Shown here in pieces: positions 36,004 through 48,795 of a stretch of DNA of 64,000 bases (the stretch's first letter is position 1; the number at the start of each line of letters is the position of its first letter). The DNA comes from Squalus acanthias (Eukaryota), in NCBI GenBank assembly GCA_030390025.1, contig CM059425.1:166472001-166536000 (forward strand), written 5' to 3'. The notes under the pieces are model-generated. The model was not told the DNA's origin, made no database searches, and saw only the letters and a program-made list of their open reading frames with translations. Position numbers and translations under genes: made by a program.

Positions 36004-36621
36004 TATAATGTGGTGGAAATCTGCAATCGTAAGGGACGATTATAAATGAGTGATTGAATTCCCCCTTTGCCATATTGGCTTAATTGTTGGCCTAAGATGC
36101 TGCATAGAAACTTTTCTGCCGGCACCTGGGGAAATGGTTTCCTTTGGTTGCTCTGCGCCATCAACGGTGGGTCGGTTTCTTGTTTTTGCTGGAGAATTAC
36201 TCTGGGGTTCTTCCAATCTCCCGCCGTAACTTTGGTGGAAGATCAACAAAAACCCAGGAGAAAAAATGCAAACAACTGTTTTTGGTCATTGACGCCGCTT
36301 CTCTTGAGATGTGCTGGAGAAACCCCACCGAAATTCCAGGCTGCTACTTCTACCAAAATCATAAAAGCGAGGGAAAGAAAATCAGACAGTGGGTCAACTC
36401 ATAGCATTTTAATATACACATTCTGTTCAATTGTGCAAGCGTGACATTCACAGAGATCCAGAGTACAGGTCACACTCTTACAAATTGGATTGGGAAATGG
36501 TGCAAATGAATGAGATGCGAAAAACAATTATCTGAATGAAATAATGTAATTCTATGTAATAATCTTTCAGATTCTTTTGATGATGAAGATTAGGAATTAC
36601 TTTAGTACAGGATGCAATGTC

Positions 36622-37400
36622 GGCCCGGAATTTGCAGTTGGGATGACGGCGAACTGGCAGCGTTCGTCGTCATTCCGCCTTTGAAACTGACTGTAACTTC
36701 GGGATTTTGCGCGGGTGTATGTGGAAATTCCAAAGATGCGGTCAGTCATTGGCAGCTCTGACACAGGCTGCGCTGTGCACCCCCCCCCCCCCCCCCGCAC
36801 AGAGCCGGCAATCTGTGTAATCAGCCAAATCATTGAAACTGGCGTAAACTTCAGCTCTTCCGCAGTAATTACACTCTTAAATTCCCCACTAAAAGTTAGA
36901 CCCAAAGGGATTAGGTGTAACTGGGATTTTAACAGCGTTATTACTGCTAAACAAATCTTAAGGGCCTGGAAAACTAATTTTAATTTTGTGCTGTGTGAAA
37001 TTTGTCCATTTTAATAAAAATTAAAATTTTAAAGAAACTTTTCAAAATTAATTTTTTTTAAAGTTTGTCCATCTTTATTTTAGGTTTGCCTTTTCCCCAT
37101 GTGAGAGCTCCAATCTTTCTTTTGCTCTTTCTAACTATTTTAAAATGTTAGAATTTTAAGAACTTACTCACTTCCTTGTTGGCTGTCTGTGAGAATTCTG
37201 CCTTTTGATTGGCTACTTAGACAGCTTGTTGATGTCACAGCAGTTTGAGCAAGGGAATCCCCACTACAGTCGGTTGAATTGAATTGAAGGTTGGAAAACC
37301 CGAAGTTCTTGACACAGGGATTGTGAGATCCTTGTGCGGAGCGTACTTCGGGGCCAGCGGCGAATGCCTTCGCTTCATTGCTGACCGCAAATTCTGGGCT
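36622..37400. mobile_element. Harbinger-type MITE
   Basis: ~17-bp imperfect TIRs GGCCCGGAATTTGCAGT / ACCGCAAATTCTGGGCT; GC-rich ends, AT-rich core. Confidence 0.7.
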
Positions 37401-37689
37401 ATTATTTTTGTTGTTGCTCATGAGTACTCCTCTATTTCCAATTGGTTGCTGGTCTCTACCAGCAACAGAGCAAAAGAGAATGAGTTCAAAGTCCTGCTCA
37501 GACTTTAAAATACAACATCCATGCACTAAATCATGTTTGAATCTAGTATGTACAGCATTTCATGAGGTATGAGGTTGTGGTGAACCTGACACATTTTATG
37601 ATAGATACTCTAACTGTGGCCACAGTTACATTCTTTTGGGGAAATCATTCCCCCCCTCTCCAGATCTCTGCCAATGCCAGTTGTTAATT

Positions 37690-38105
37690 GCCAAACTCGC
37701 AACAAGTCTAATTCACCCATCACTCCTGTGTCCGCTGACCTACATTGGCTCCCGGTCTGGCAAAGCCTTGATTTTAAAATTCTCATCCATGTTTTCAAAC
37801 CCCTCCATGGCCTCGTCCCTCTCTCTGTGACCTCTTCCAGCCTTACAACATGCTGAGATCTCTGTGCACCTCCAATTCTGGCCTCTCAAATTCCCTCACT
37901 GAACCTCTCCACCTTTCTATCTCTCTCTCCTGCTTTAAGGCACTTCTTAAAACCTATCACTTTGATCAAGATTTCAGTTTTCTGTCCTAATGTCTCCTCA
38001 GTGTTAAATTTTGTTTGATAATGCTCCTGTGAAGCGCCTTGGGACATTTTGCTACGTTAAAGGCGATAGATAAATGCAAGTTTTTGTTGTTGGTGTTGTT
38101 GTTTG
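37690..38105 (+). mobile_element. L2 3' end fragment
   Basis: SPITPVSADLHWLPV..DFKIL; L2 tail and (TTG)n at ~38083-38103. Confidence 0.85.
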
Positions 38106-38182
38106 TGAAATTGTATCAACTTAAGTGGCATTTACCTACAGGTTGTGATTTTCCATCCTTTCTCAAATTGGCATCTCCCTTA

Positions 38183-39831
38183 TGTAAGGTTTCCAAAATT
38201 TTGCAGATCCCCAAAAACCTAAGGAAAAAGGACTTTGGAACTACCTCAGAGTGATAAAAATGTAGTTGGGCCTAACCTAAGGAATTTAAGACCAAAAACC
38301 AAGTTTTGGCATTTTAAAACTATGTCTGGGCCTGTAAAGGGACAAGGAGGTGGGACGACCTCTGTAAAAGCAGTTTTGGTTATTGCAGTTAATTACACTG
38401 TCTGGGGAACTGGGATGACCTCACTCAAGCCCCAGCAGACATTAACATTTGAACAATAGACCCAGGGAAAGAGCAGTCCCACCCAAAATACAGGCCCCAT
38501 CAAAACCGATTACAGGGCCCATCAGAAACATGCATAATAAAACCCACTCAGGACCATTCTATAGAAAGACCGAGCCCAGCCTAGAAACCCAAAACACAAA
38601 ATCAATCACCAGTGATCAACCAAGGAGATCGACAGGATGCAAACCATCCCAAAGGCCATTTGACACCTACAGAGCAGTTACTGGTAACAGACCCGCCAAA
38701 ATCAGACAATGAACTGAGTAGATTTGGCGAGTAGATAAGGCCATGTTCAATGGGTGAGATTGAAGGCCTGTTAAAAAACCAGTTAACGCGCTAGTAAGTC
38801 GTTACTGATTTACGAGCCCGCCAAAACCAGACAATGAACTGAGTAGATTTGGCGGGTAGATAAGGCCACCTCAATTCCGTATAATTGAAGGCCCGTTAAG
38901 CAGTTCAAGGTCGCAGTCGGTGGTCATCAGAAGAAGAAGAAACCAGTAAGAAGACAAACCGAGCTGGAAGCGAGTCGGCATCGCTCACCACTCAGACACA
39001 CCTGAGTCCAGCTCGTGAAGATACCAGCTCAACGGACCTCCAACAACGGTCCCAACACAGTCACCCAGAGCAACAAGCAGCAACAAGTCACCGACGGCTC
39101 CACGAGGTCGACCGACACACTAGACAAGGCCTAAAACCATCGCGGAAACCAAAGGCCTCAAGTAACCAACAACCGCATATTACCCCCAACGGATCGGGTA
39201 ATAGCAGGCCACCGCGACCAACAAAGAACAACTCAAGGGAAGAAAACCCGAAGAACCGCAAAATTTCCACTCTACAATCTGCTCCTGACTTACCCCTGAG
39301 TAAGATTTTCCCCAAAGACTCTAAACCCTACTTCTAAACCAGAGAAATTGGGTACTCACCAGATAGATCCAAAACGACATCCTACCGCATCAGCTGACTC
39401 GCGAAGACTGACCAGAGACGCAGGTGAAGTCCTCTACCGTGTATGGGGTACGGCAGACACTAACCGCCATAAACAGCGAACCCCAAAACCACGATTTAGC
39501 CCAACTGTCAAAGGATTGGTGAGCATTATCCCTGGTCCTTCAAAACCTAACTTAGCTAGTAAAGTGGGGTTGGGAGGGGTGAAGTATTGTTCTACTGTTA
39601 TTTCCCTCGCTTGTACCGAAGTGTTCCCCACCTTTAGAGTGTCAAGAGTGTTGTCATTTTGTGTTTTACCTTTTTAATAAAGATTGAAGTTCTTTTCATC
39701 AAACTCAGTTGTCTGCTGCACCTTTTGTCACAACCCCCAAATAAGTCCACGGTCTAGAACCAAGGGTGTGGGAGCGATTCAAACCGCTCAGAAGTCAGAG
39801 GTAAAGCTGACACAAACCACCACCCCCTACA
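38183..39831 (+). mobile_element. Long solo LTR (1649 bp) with 4-bp TSD
   Basis: TGTAAGG...CCCTACA termini; CTTA on both flanks; AATAAA at 39676-39681; internal ~125-bp direct repeat. Confidence 0.8.
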
Positions 39832-40134
39832 CTTAGGTGGTCTGAATGAAATCCGGACTGTTTCACCTGTAAAATCTCAGAGCACAGCCCATGTCCTACA
39901 CTCTGTGGCACAGCACATTTAGTGTACTAATGTACTTAGTCACCCAGATGCCTTCTGCTAAACCACTTGAAGGTGATTTTTAAAAAAATACCTCCCTTGA
40001 CTCCACACTCTTAAATTTAACTCTAAAGATGGAAATGCAATGTGAAAATTAATCATATTTCTACTTTATACGGCTTGGAGATGCATTCTGTTTTTCTGAA
40101 AGTTAAACCATCCATTAAAGTTAGATGGATCAGA

Positions 40135-43100
40135 TTAAACATCATGGAACCAACCAGGGAACAGGCTATTTTAGATCTTATATTGTATAATGAGACAGGG
40201 TTAATTCGCAATCGCATAGTAAAGGATCCTTTGGGGCAGAGTGATCATAATATGATAGAATTTCACATTAAGTTTGAGAGTGACTTGTCTAAGTCCGAAA
40301 TTAGAGTTTTAAACTTAAATAAAGCCAATTACATAGGTATGAGGGGCGAGTTGGCTAAGGTAGATTGGAAAAATAGATTAAAAGGTATGGCAGTAAATAA
40401 GCTTTGGCTAGCATTTAAAGAAATATTTCATAATTCTCAACAAAAATACATTCCATTGAGAAACAAAAACTCCACGGGAAAAGTGATCCATCCATGGCTA
40501 ACCAAAGATGTTAAGGACAGCATTAGATTGAAAGAAGAAGCTTATAATGTTGCAAAGAATAGTAGGAAGTCTGACGATTGGGAGAGTTTCAGAAAGCAGC
40601 AAAGGATTACCAAAAAATTGATCAAAGGGGAAAAAATAGAACATGAGAGAAAACTAGCAAGAAAGATAAAAACAGATTGTAAGAGCTTCTACAAGTATGT
40701 AAAAAGGAAGAGAGTAACAAAGGTGAACGTTGGTCCCTTAGAGACTGAGAAAGGAGAAATTATTATGGGGAATAAGGAAATGGCAGAAACGTTAAACAAA
40801 TATTTTGTATCTGTCTTCACAGTAGAAGACACAAAAAGCATACCAAAAATGTTGGGGAACCAAGGGTCTAATGAGGGTGAGGAACTTAACATAATTAATA
40901 TAAGTAGAGAAAAAGTACTAGAGAAACTGATGGGACTAAAAGCTGACAAATCCCCTGGGCCTGATGGCCTACATCCTAGAGTTCTAAAAGAGGTGGCTGC
41001 AGAGATCGTGGATGCATCGGTTTTGATCTTCCAAAATTCCCTAGATTCTAGAATGGTCCCAGCGGATTGGAAGGTAGCAAATGTAACATCGCTATTCAAG
41101 AAAGGAGGGAGAGAGAAATCAGGGAACTACAGGCCAGTTATCTGAACATCAGTCATCAGGAAAATGCTGGAATCCATTGTTAAGGACGTGGTATTAGGAC
41201 ACTTAGAAAATCATAATATGATTAGGCAGAGTCAACATGGTTTTATGAAAGGCAAATTTGTTAGAGTTTTTTGAGGATGTAACTGGCAGGGTAGATAATG
41301 GGGAACCAGTGGATGTAGTATATTTGGATTTCCAAAAAGCATTCAATAAGGTGCCACATAAAAGATTATTACACAAGATAAGGGCTCATGGTGTTGGGGG
41401 TAATATAATAGCATGGATAAAGGATTGGTTAACGGACATAAAATAGAGAGTAGGGATAAACGGGTCTTTTTCAGGTTGGTAGGCTGTAACTAGTGGGGTG
41501 CTGCAAGGATCAGTGTTGGGGCCTCAGGTATTTACAATCTATATTAATGACCTAGATGAAGGGACCGAGTGTAATATATCCAAGTTTGCTGACTATACAA
41601 AGCTAGGTGGGACAATAAGCTGTGAGGAGAACACAAAGGGCTGGATTTTGCCAATGGGGAGCTTTTGGACGTGGGACTCCCAATTGTCGGATTTTAGTCC
41701 CGCCTCCATCAACTTCTGGCCAATCCATGTTATTTTCCCCTGATTGGACTTGTTAAGCTCGCCCAGCAATCACTGACATTCTCTGTAGTTTGATGAGTTC
41801 TTGAATTCAAGACTCATCAAACCTCTTTATTTAGCAGAAATTAGATGGTTGTTGCATTGGAGAATGCAGCGACCATCTGTCATCTCTGCCGCGGAGGTGC
41901 GAGACTCTCCGCTTACCCTACTCTTGAAGCCTGCAAGAAGAAACAAAGGTAAGTAAACTATTACTAACACTTTCCACTTACCTCACATACTTACTTCTCC
42001 ACACTTGCACCCATCACTTACCTTCACAGTGCACTTTTGGACCCCTCCGACCCCCGCAGACCCACTACTCGCCTCGATGACTCTGGCAGGGTTTGCAGCC
42101 TTCGGGAAGCCCGCACTTGTGTGGGTAAAATGGGAATAATCCTCTTATCTACCTGTTAACAGGCAGATAAGTGGCACTAATCCCCTTCCCGCCTCCAAGG
42201 AGACAGGACCCGGCGCGGGTCGGCTACACGCCTCCTGGCAAGATGGCACGGAGGCGGGTTGGGGGCGGGTTGGGCACCCGCACCCAGATTCTCCCATTTT
42301 CCCGGCAGTCCCACACCCATTCCCGCCTCCACTGGGCTGGAAAGATCGCGCCCAAAGAGTCTGCAAAGGGATATAGATAGACTACGTGAGTGGGCAGTAA
42401 GGTGGTAGATGGAGTATATTGTAGGGAAATGTGAAGTTATTCACTTTGGTAGGAAGAATAGAAAAACAGAATTTTTTTAAATGGTGAGAAACCTCCAAAT
42501 GTTGATGTTCAGAGAGATTTGGGTGTCCTCGTGCAAGAAACGCAGAAAGCTAGCATACAAGTACAGCAATCAATAAGGAAGGCAAATGGCATGTTGGCCT
42601 TTATTGCAAGGGGCTTGGAGTACAAGAGTAAGGAAGTCTTGCTACAATTGTACAGGGCCTTGGTGAGACCACACCTGGAGTACTGTGCACAGTTTTGGTC
42701 TTCTTATCTAAGGAAGGATATACTTGCCATGGAGGCGGTGCAATGAAGGTTCACTAGATTGATTCCTGGGATGAGAGGGCTGTCCTATGATGAGAGATTG
42801 TGTAGAATGGGCCTATACTCTCTGGAGTTTAGAAGAATGAGACGTGATCTCATTGAAACATACAAGATTCTTAAGGGGATTGAGAGTGTAGATGCTGAAA
42901 GGTTGTTTCCCCTGGCTGGAGTGTCTAGAACTAGGGGGCATAGTCTCAGGATAAGGGGTAGGCCATTTAAGACCGAGATGAGGGGGAATTTCTTCACTCA
43001 GAGGGTTGTGAATCTTTGGAATTCTCTGCCTCAGAGAGTTGTGAATGCTGAGTCTTTGAGTATATTCAAGGATGAGATAGATAGATTTTTGGACTCTAGG

Positions 43101-43190
43101 GGAATCAAGGGATATGGAGATCGCGCGGGAAAGTGGAGTTGAGGTCGATGATCAGCCATGATGGCCTACTCCTGCTCTTATTTCTTATGG
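40135..43190 (+). mobile_element. CR1 LINE ORF2 (endonuclease C-terminus to 3' tail), decayed, with MITE insertion
   Basis: PTREQAILDLIL..SDHN, KSPGPDGLHPRVLKE, NYRPV, YLDFQKAF, QGSVLGP, RPHLEYC; tail CCTACTCCTGCTCTTATTTCTTATG. Confidence 0.95.
41638..42353. mobile_element. Harbinger-type MITE inserted in CR1
   Basis: TIRs GGGCTGGATTTT / AAGATCGCGCCC; AAA TSD; excision restores CR1 reading ENTKSLQRDIDRL. Confidence 0.85.
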
Positions 43191-43245
43191 ATCAAACGCA
43201 TGTTGGACAATAACTCCTGTAGATAGCTTGATGTATGGACACATA

Positions 43246-46200
43246 GGGCTCGATTTTAATTCCCGAGGTGGGTTGGAGTCGGGTTGCGTGGTGAGCGCGT
43301 TCCAGAGCCGCTTCTGGCGGGATCAGCTGCTGATATCCGATTTTGATTCAATGAGCTTATTAATTTCAAGGAGGGGCGCTGGCCGGTCCAATGAGTGGGA
43401 TCGGGTCGGCTGGCCGCCTCTGATGACGTCATCATAGCAGCTGCTTTTAAAGCTACCATTCAGCCTAAGTCTTTCTCTTGTGGATTCCTGGACTTGATTT
43501 ATATGCAATGACTTCTTCTAGAGGCAAGGCAGCTCCTCGTTTTAATGATGACTCCCTCCATGTACTTGTGGATGCTGTCAGAGGGCGCAGGGAGATTCTC
43601 TTCCCTCCTGATGGCCGGAGGAAGCCTCCTCAGCAGACCAAGGCAACCTGGCTGTACATTGCTCAGGAGGTGAGCACAAGGTGCATATGTTCACGCTCAT
43701 GGATCAAGTGCTGAAAAAGGTTTAATGATCTTTTGCGAACATCAAAAGTGAGTATCCCATCACACTTGCCTTCAATCTGCTTCCCTTCTCTTCTCATCAC
43801 CAGCACTCTGCGTTGTAAGCCTGCTCCTTCACATCCCAGTTTACCCTTACTTCCCTTTCACCCTTACCTACCCATTTCTGTCTCTGCACTGAATCACTTC
43901 AGCATCCTGCCTATGCACCCCTTAGACTCGCTCTCACTGTTATGCAGTGACAACAACTAACAATGCACAGGGAGCTACCTTCCTCTTGGCACCTTACCCC
44001 ATCTTCGTCTACCTCAAAGCTTCTATGGTAGGGATTAATCACACTCACTCCATCACTGTGGCTGAAAAGCGCTTGTGTCCCTCCTTGCAGGAAAAGATAG
44101 CACACAATAAGAGGGAGAGAGCACTGACTGGAGGAGGAACACCTACCCTAGCCACATTGACCAGTGCTGAGGAGGCTGCAAACGAGATTGTTGGAGGTGG
44201 CGAGGACTGGAAGTGGGTGATGGAGAGACGGGCACACTAGAGGAAGCTGGTGACATAATAGAGTTTCATTCCTCTCAGAATGCAATAGCATATGATGTTC
44301 ATAGACAATTGCGTTATATCATCTGCTCAAAAGGATGTGTCGGCTACATCAATATCAGATGTCTAATTCAAGCCTTTACTCTCCCACAGGACCATCGAGC
44401 GCCCCCCTCCCCACGATCCAGGACGAAGAGCCGGACAACTCCTCAGAGGAACCTGAAGCCTCTGAGGGAGCAGCGTCACCAGGACTCAGCGCACCCAGCA
44501 CCAGCGCAGCAGCGCACACTTCGGTGGGGCCCTCGCAAGTTAGAGTAGTGTTGTCACCTGGTCTATCACTGCATACAAGTGAGCATCAGCAGATGGTAGA
44601 GACAGTGACAGCAGTGGAGAGTCCTCGGCGGAGGTCGCAGGACTCCTAGCTCTGCTGAGCTGCATGCAGACGCTGTGCCTCTGGGGCCATCCAGAAAAAA
44701 TGCAGTTCGGGAAATACAGGAACAAGTGCAGGTGTCTCTGGAAGGGTTTGCCTCCAGGGTTAGTGCGAGTGTGGAGAGAATGGAGGAGTCCATCTGTAAT
44801 ATCAGCATTGCCGTAGTGGAGGCAATGGTGCATGAACGCACCACCATGGATAGGATGGCAACCTCCGTGGAAAGGATGGCTACGTCCATGGAGGAAATAA
44901 GTCGCCAGAGTCAGGAAAACATGGTGACTGTTCAGAATAGAATGTCATCTCTGGAGGAGTGATGGGCAGCTATTGAGCAGAGAGACCAGAGCTTCATGGA
45001 CATCCTTTTGATGAGGACTGCCAGTGCAGATACAGGTCCTCATGGTCCCTCTGAAGTGCAGCAAGGTGCTCTCCTGCCACTTGCCAGCACTGAGGTGCGG
45101 CTGACCCATGAGAGTGATGTTGTTGGCAGGACAGAAGGAAGTGTGGGCTCCTCTCAAAGTGCTCACATGACCATACCACTACGGAGCCCTCGGTCAGAGA
45201 CCCACTTTGCAGAGACAACTGAGATGGCCATTTCAGCCCCTGTACAGCTGCAGGAAATGCAGACTGTTGAAGAGCCCTCCCAGGCTCCCAAACCCAGAGG
45301 ACGCCCGCCAAAGGCATCTAAGCAGGCGCAGCATCCTAGTCAACAAGGTGCCTCTACATCTGCTGAAGCCACAGGGGAAGCACCACGTAGAAGCACGTGT
45401 AAGAGAAAGATTAAGCACCTATAGTCACAAGGGGAGTCACTTGGGTGAATTATATATTTTTTCTGACTCTTGCTGGTTTATTATCCTTTTGTCATGTGTA
45501 AAAGATAAATTATGTCAAACAGTTGATTGTGTGGCCTATGTGTTATGGGAAATGGCAAAAGCGCATTGAGGGCTCAGGGCGACTTGCTTTTGTAATGCTG
45601 ATGGTAAAAGTGATAGGAAATAACAGGGTATAGCAGAGATGAAGTATGATGTTGGACAAGTGTCGCCTGCAATTACACAGCCATATGGTTGCCACCTATG
45701 GTTGAAGAGTAAGCTTATGCTAATGTGGCATGGCATTGTGCATACCCTGCTTGACGGGCAGCAGTGAACCCCTCATCCTCCTCCTACTCCTCTTCCCAGG
45801 AAGACCTGTGGTGAGCCACGCGGCTGCTACTCCTCCGATTATGTGGACCAGGATGAGAGGGCATAAATGTTTCCCATCCCCTTGTTATAGATTTCATTTG
45901 AGGTAACAATCTTGCAAGCGCACAGTCGAAGTGGCCTGAAATTATTCCATTCATGTCACACTGCAGTTGGGTGTCAGCTTGAGCAGTAAGAAGGTCAGTA
46001 GATGAACAAAATGTTATCCCATACCTACAACAGCAAAGTTGTTGCATTTGAATGTCAGCCATGTTTCAGGGGCGCTTTTAAAGCGCTCCACCAATGTATA
46101 CAAATCATGTCCTCCAGCAACTCGTCTCCTTGAACCTGGCCTGTTTCTGACTAGTAGGGAAACAGGAGCCAGAAGCACGAAAATGGGAAGCCACTATGAA

Positions 46201-46416
46201 AATAGGATTAGCAAGGCAGTTAACAGATTGTTAACTGCCTTAACTACCTGTCCCACCGGTTCCAGACAGGTCAGTTTGGGAGCAGCTGAACAGACACTCA
46301 CGAAAATTGGATGGGGGCGGGATGGAGGCAGGTTGGGTGTCTGAAGCCATTTTTTCCAATTTTCGCAACAGACCCGCCTCCAAACCCACCTCCTCAGGGC
46401 TATTCAAATCGAGCCC
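43246..46416. mobile_element. Harbinger element retaining the Myb-like gene, no recognisable transposase
   Basis: Perfect 11-bp TIR GGGCTCGATTT / AAATCGAGCCC plus subterminal inverted GAGGTGGGTTGGAG / CTCCAAACCCACCTC; flanks ATA/AAA. Confidence 0.85.
43508..45424 (+). pseudogene. Harbinger Myb/SANT-like accessory gene; exons 43508-43747, 44091-44249, 44390-45424
   Basis: MTSSRGKAAPRFNDDSLHVLVDAVRGRREILFP..W..IAQEVS..RSWIKC*KRFNDL; GT-AG introns; EKIAHNKRERALTGGG; heptad-rich MDRMATSVERMATSME; KPRGRPPK; RRSTCKRKIKHL; several stops and frameshifts. Confidence 0.85.
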
Positions 46417-46639
46417 AAATATATTCTTGAGACTTCTAGGAAAATAGTTTATGGTGCTATTATGGTACCAATTCAGCATTTTGCTTCAGGTATAAAACCA
46501 TGTGGATGTCACACCACTTTGGCTTTGCTCCAGTTTAACAGCAACTGGTGAGAATCATTTTTCAAACTTTCTCAATAATAGTATGGGTCACATATGGTAG
46601 ATGTATATAACTGCACTATAAAGAACTGGCAGAAGCTGA

Positions 46640-48322
46640 CATAGTGAGAGAGGAAGTATTAAGGGGTTTAGCAGCTTTAAAAGTGGATAAATCCCCAGGC
46701 CCGGATGAAATGCATCCCAGGCTGTTAAGCGAAGCAAAAGAGGAAATAGCAGAGGCCCTGACCATCATTTTCCAGTCCTCTCTGGCTTCAAGTGTGGTGC
46801 CGGAGGACTGGAGGACTGCTAATGTGGTACCCTTGTTTAAAAAGGGAGAAAAGGATAGACCGAGTAATTACAGGCCAGTCAGCCTAACCTCGGTGGTGGG
46901 GAAATTATTGGAAAGAATTCTGAAGGAGAGGATAAATCTTAATTTAGAAAGACACGGATTAATCAAGGATAGTCAGCATGGATTTCTTAAGGGAAGGTCG
47001 TGTCTGACAAACTTGATTGAATTTTTTGAGGAGGTAACAAGGAGGGTAGTGCGTTTGATGTAGTGTATATGGACTTTAGCAAGGCTTTTGATAAGGTTCC
47101 ACAGGGCAGACTGGTCACGAAGTTAAAAGCCCATGGGATCCAGGGCAAAGTGTCAAGTTGGATTCAAAACTGGCTCGGAAGCAGGAAGCAGAGGGTAATG
47201 GTTGATGGGTGTTTTTGTGACTGGAAGGCTGTTTCCAGTGGGGTTCCGCAGGGCTCAGTACTAGGTCCCTTGCTTTTTGTGGTATATATCAATGATCTAG
47301 ACTTGAATATAGGGGGTATGATTAAGAAGTTTGCAGATGATACTAAAATCGGCTGTGTGGTTGATACTGAAGAAGGAAGCTGTAGACTGCAGGAAGATAG
47401 CAATAAATTGGTCAGGTGGGCAGAACAGTGGCAAATGGAATTCAATCCAGAGAAGTGTGAGGTAATGCATTTGGGGAGGGCTAACAAGGAAAGAGAATAC
47501 ACATTAAATGGTAGGACACTGAGTAGTGTAGAGGAACAAAGGGATCTTGGAGTGCATGTCCACAGATCCCTGAAGGTATCAGACCAGGTAGATAAGGTGG
47601 TTAAGAAGGCACACAGAATGCTTGCCTTTATTAGCTGTGGCATAGAATACAAGCTTCTCATTTTTGTCCACCCCAGTCCAACGCCGGCATCTCCACATCA
47701 TAGAATACAAGAGCAGGGGGGGGTATGCTTCAACTGTATAAAACACTAGTTAGGCCTCAGCTAGAGTACTGCATGCAGTTCTGGTCACCACATTACAGGA
47801 AAGATGTGATTGCACTAGTAAGGGTACAGAGGAGATTTACAAGGATGTTGCCGGGAGTAGAGAATCTTAGCTATGAGGAAAGACTGGATAGGCTGGGTTT
47901 GTTTTCCTTGGAACAGAGGAGGCTAAGGGGAGACCTTATTGAGGTGTATAAAATTATGAGGGGACTAGATAAAGTGGATAGAAAGGACCTATTTCCCTTA
48001 GCAGAGGGGTCAAAAACCAGGGGGCACAGATTTAAAGTAATTGGTGGAAGATTTAGAGGGAATTTGAGGGTAAATTTCTTCACCCAGAGGGTTGTGGGGG
48101 TCTGGAACTCACTGCCTGAAAAGGTGGTAGATGCAGAAACCCTAACCACATTTAAAAAGTACTTGGATGTGCACTTGGGATGCAGTAACCTGCAGTGCTA
48201 TGGACCAAGAGCTGGGAAGTGGGATTAGGCTGGATAGCTCTTTGTTGGCTGGCATGGACACGATGGGCCGAAATGGCCTCCTTCCGTGCTGTAACTTTCT
48301 ATGATTCTATGATTCTATGATT
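46640..48322 (+). mobile_element. CR1 LINE (second family), RT to 3' end with (ATTCTATG)n tail
   Basis: KSPGPDEMHPRLL, QHGFLKGRSCLTNL, MDFSKAFDKVP, FADDTK, LFSLEQRRLRGDLI; TTCTATGATTCTATGATTCTATGATT at ~48297-48322. Confidence 0.95.
47654..47698 (+). mobile_element. 45-bp PLE family A extreme 3' end inserted in CR1
   Basis: 13-bp TSD CATAGAATACAAG at 47641-47653 and 47699-47711; insert equals the reverse complement of ~19001-19045. Confidence 0.9.
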
Positions 48323-48795
48323 TACCAGTTGAAACAGCAATTTACTTGTACTTCTTTCAATTTAATAAACTGTATTCGCTGCTCACGATGCGGTCTCCTC
48401 TACATTGGGGAGACCAAACACCGATTGGGTGACCGCTTTGTGGAACACTTCCGTTCAGTCTGCAAGCATGACCCCGAGCTTCCGGTCGTCTGTCTCTTTT
48501 ATTCTCCGCTCCAATCCCACTCTGACCTCTCTGTCATTGACCTTTTACACTGTTCCAATGAAACTCAATGTAGGCTCGAGGAACAGCATTTCACCTTTTG
48601 ATTAAGCACTTTACAGCCTTCCGGACTCAACATTGAGTTCAACAGTTCCAGATCGTAACTACTGCCCCCATTTTTTCAGACAGCAGCTGTTGGTAATGTT
48701 TCCGCCATTCCCATTTATACCTACTCTAGTTCCACCTTTTGTTTCTTTACTTGTCCCATTACCATCCCCTTTTGCCTTCCACCATCATCCCTTTT

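Noticed and set aside
40042..41145. 367-aa ORF as a cellular gene
   Set aside because: CR1 ORF2 linker region with flanking sequence read in frame.
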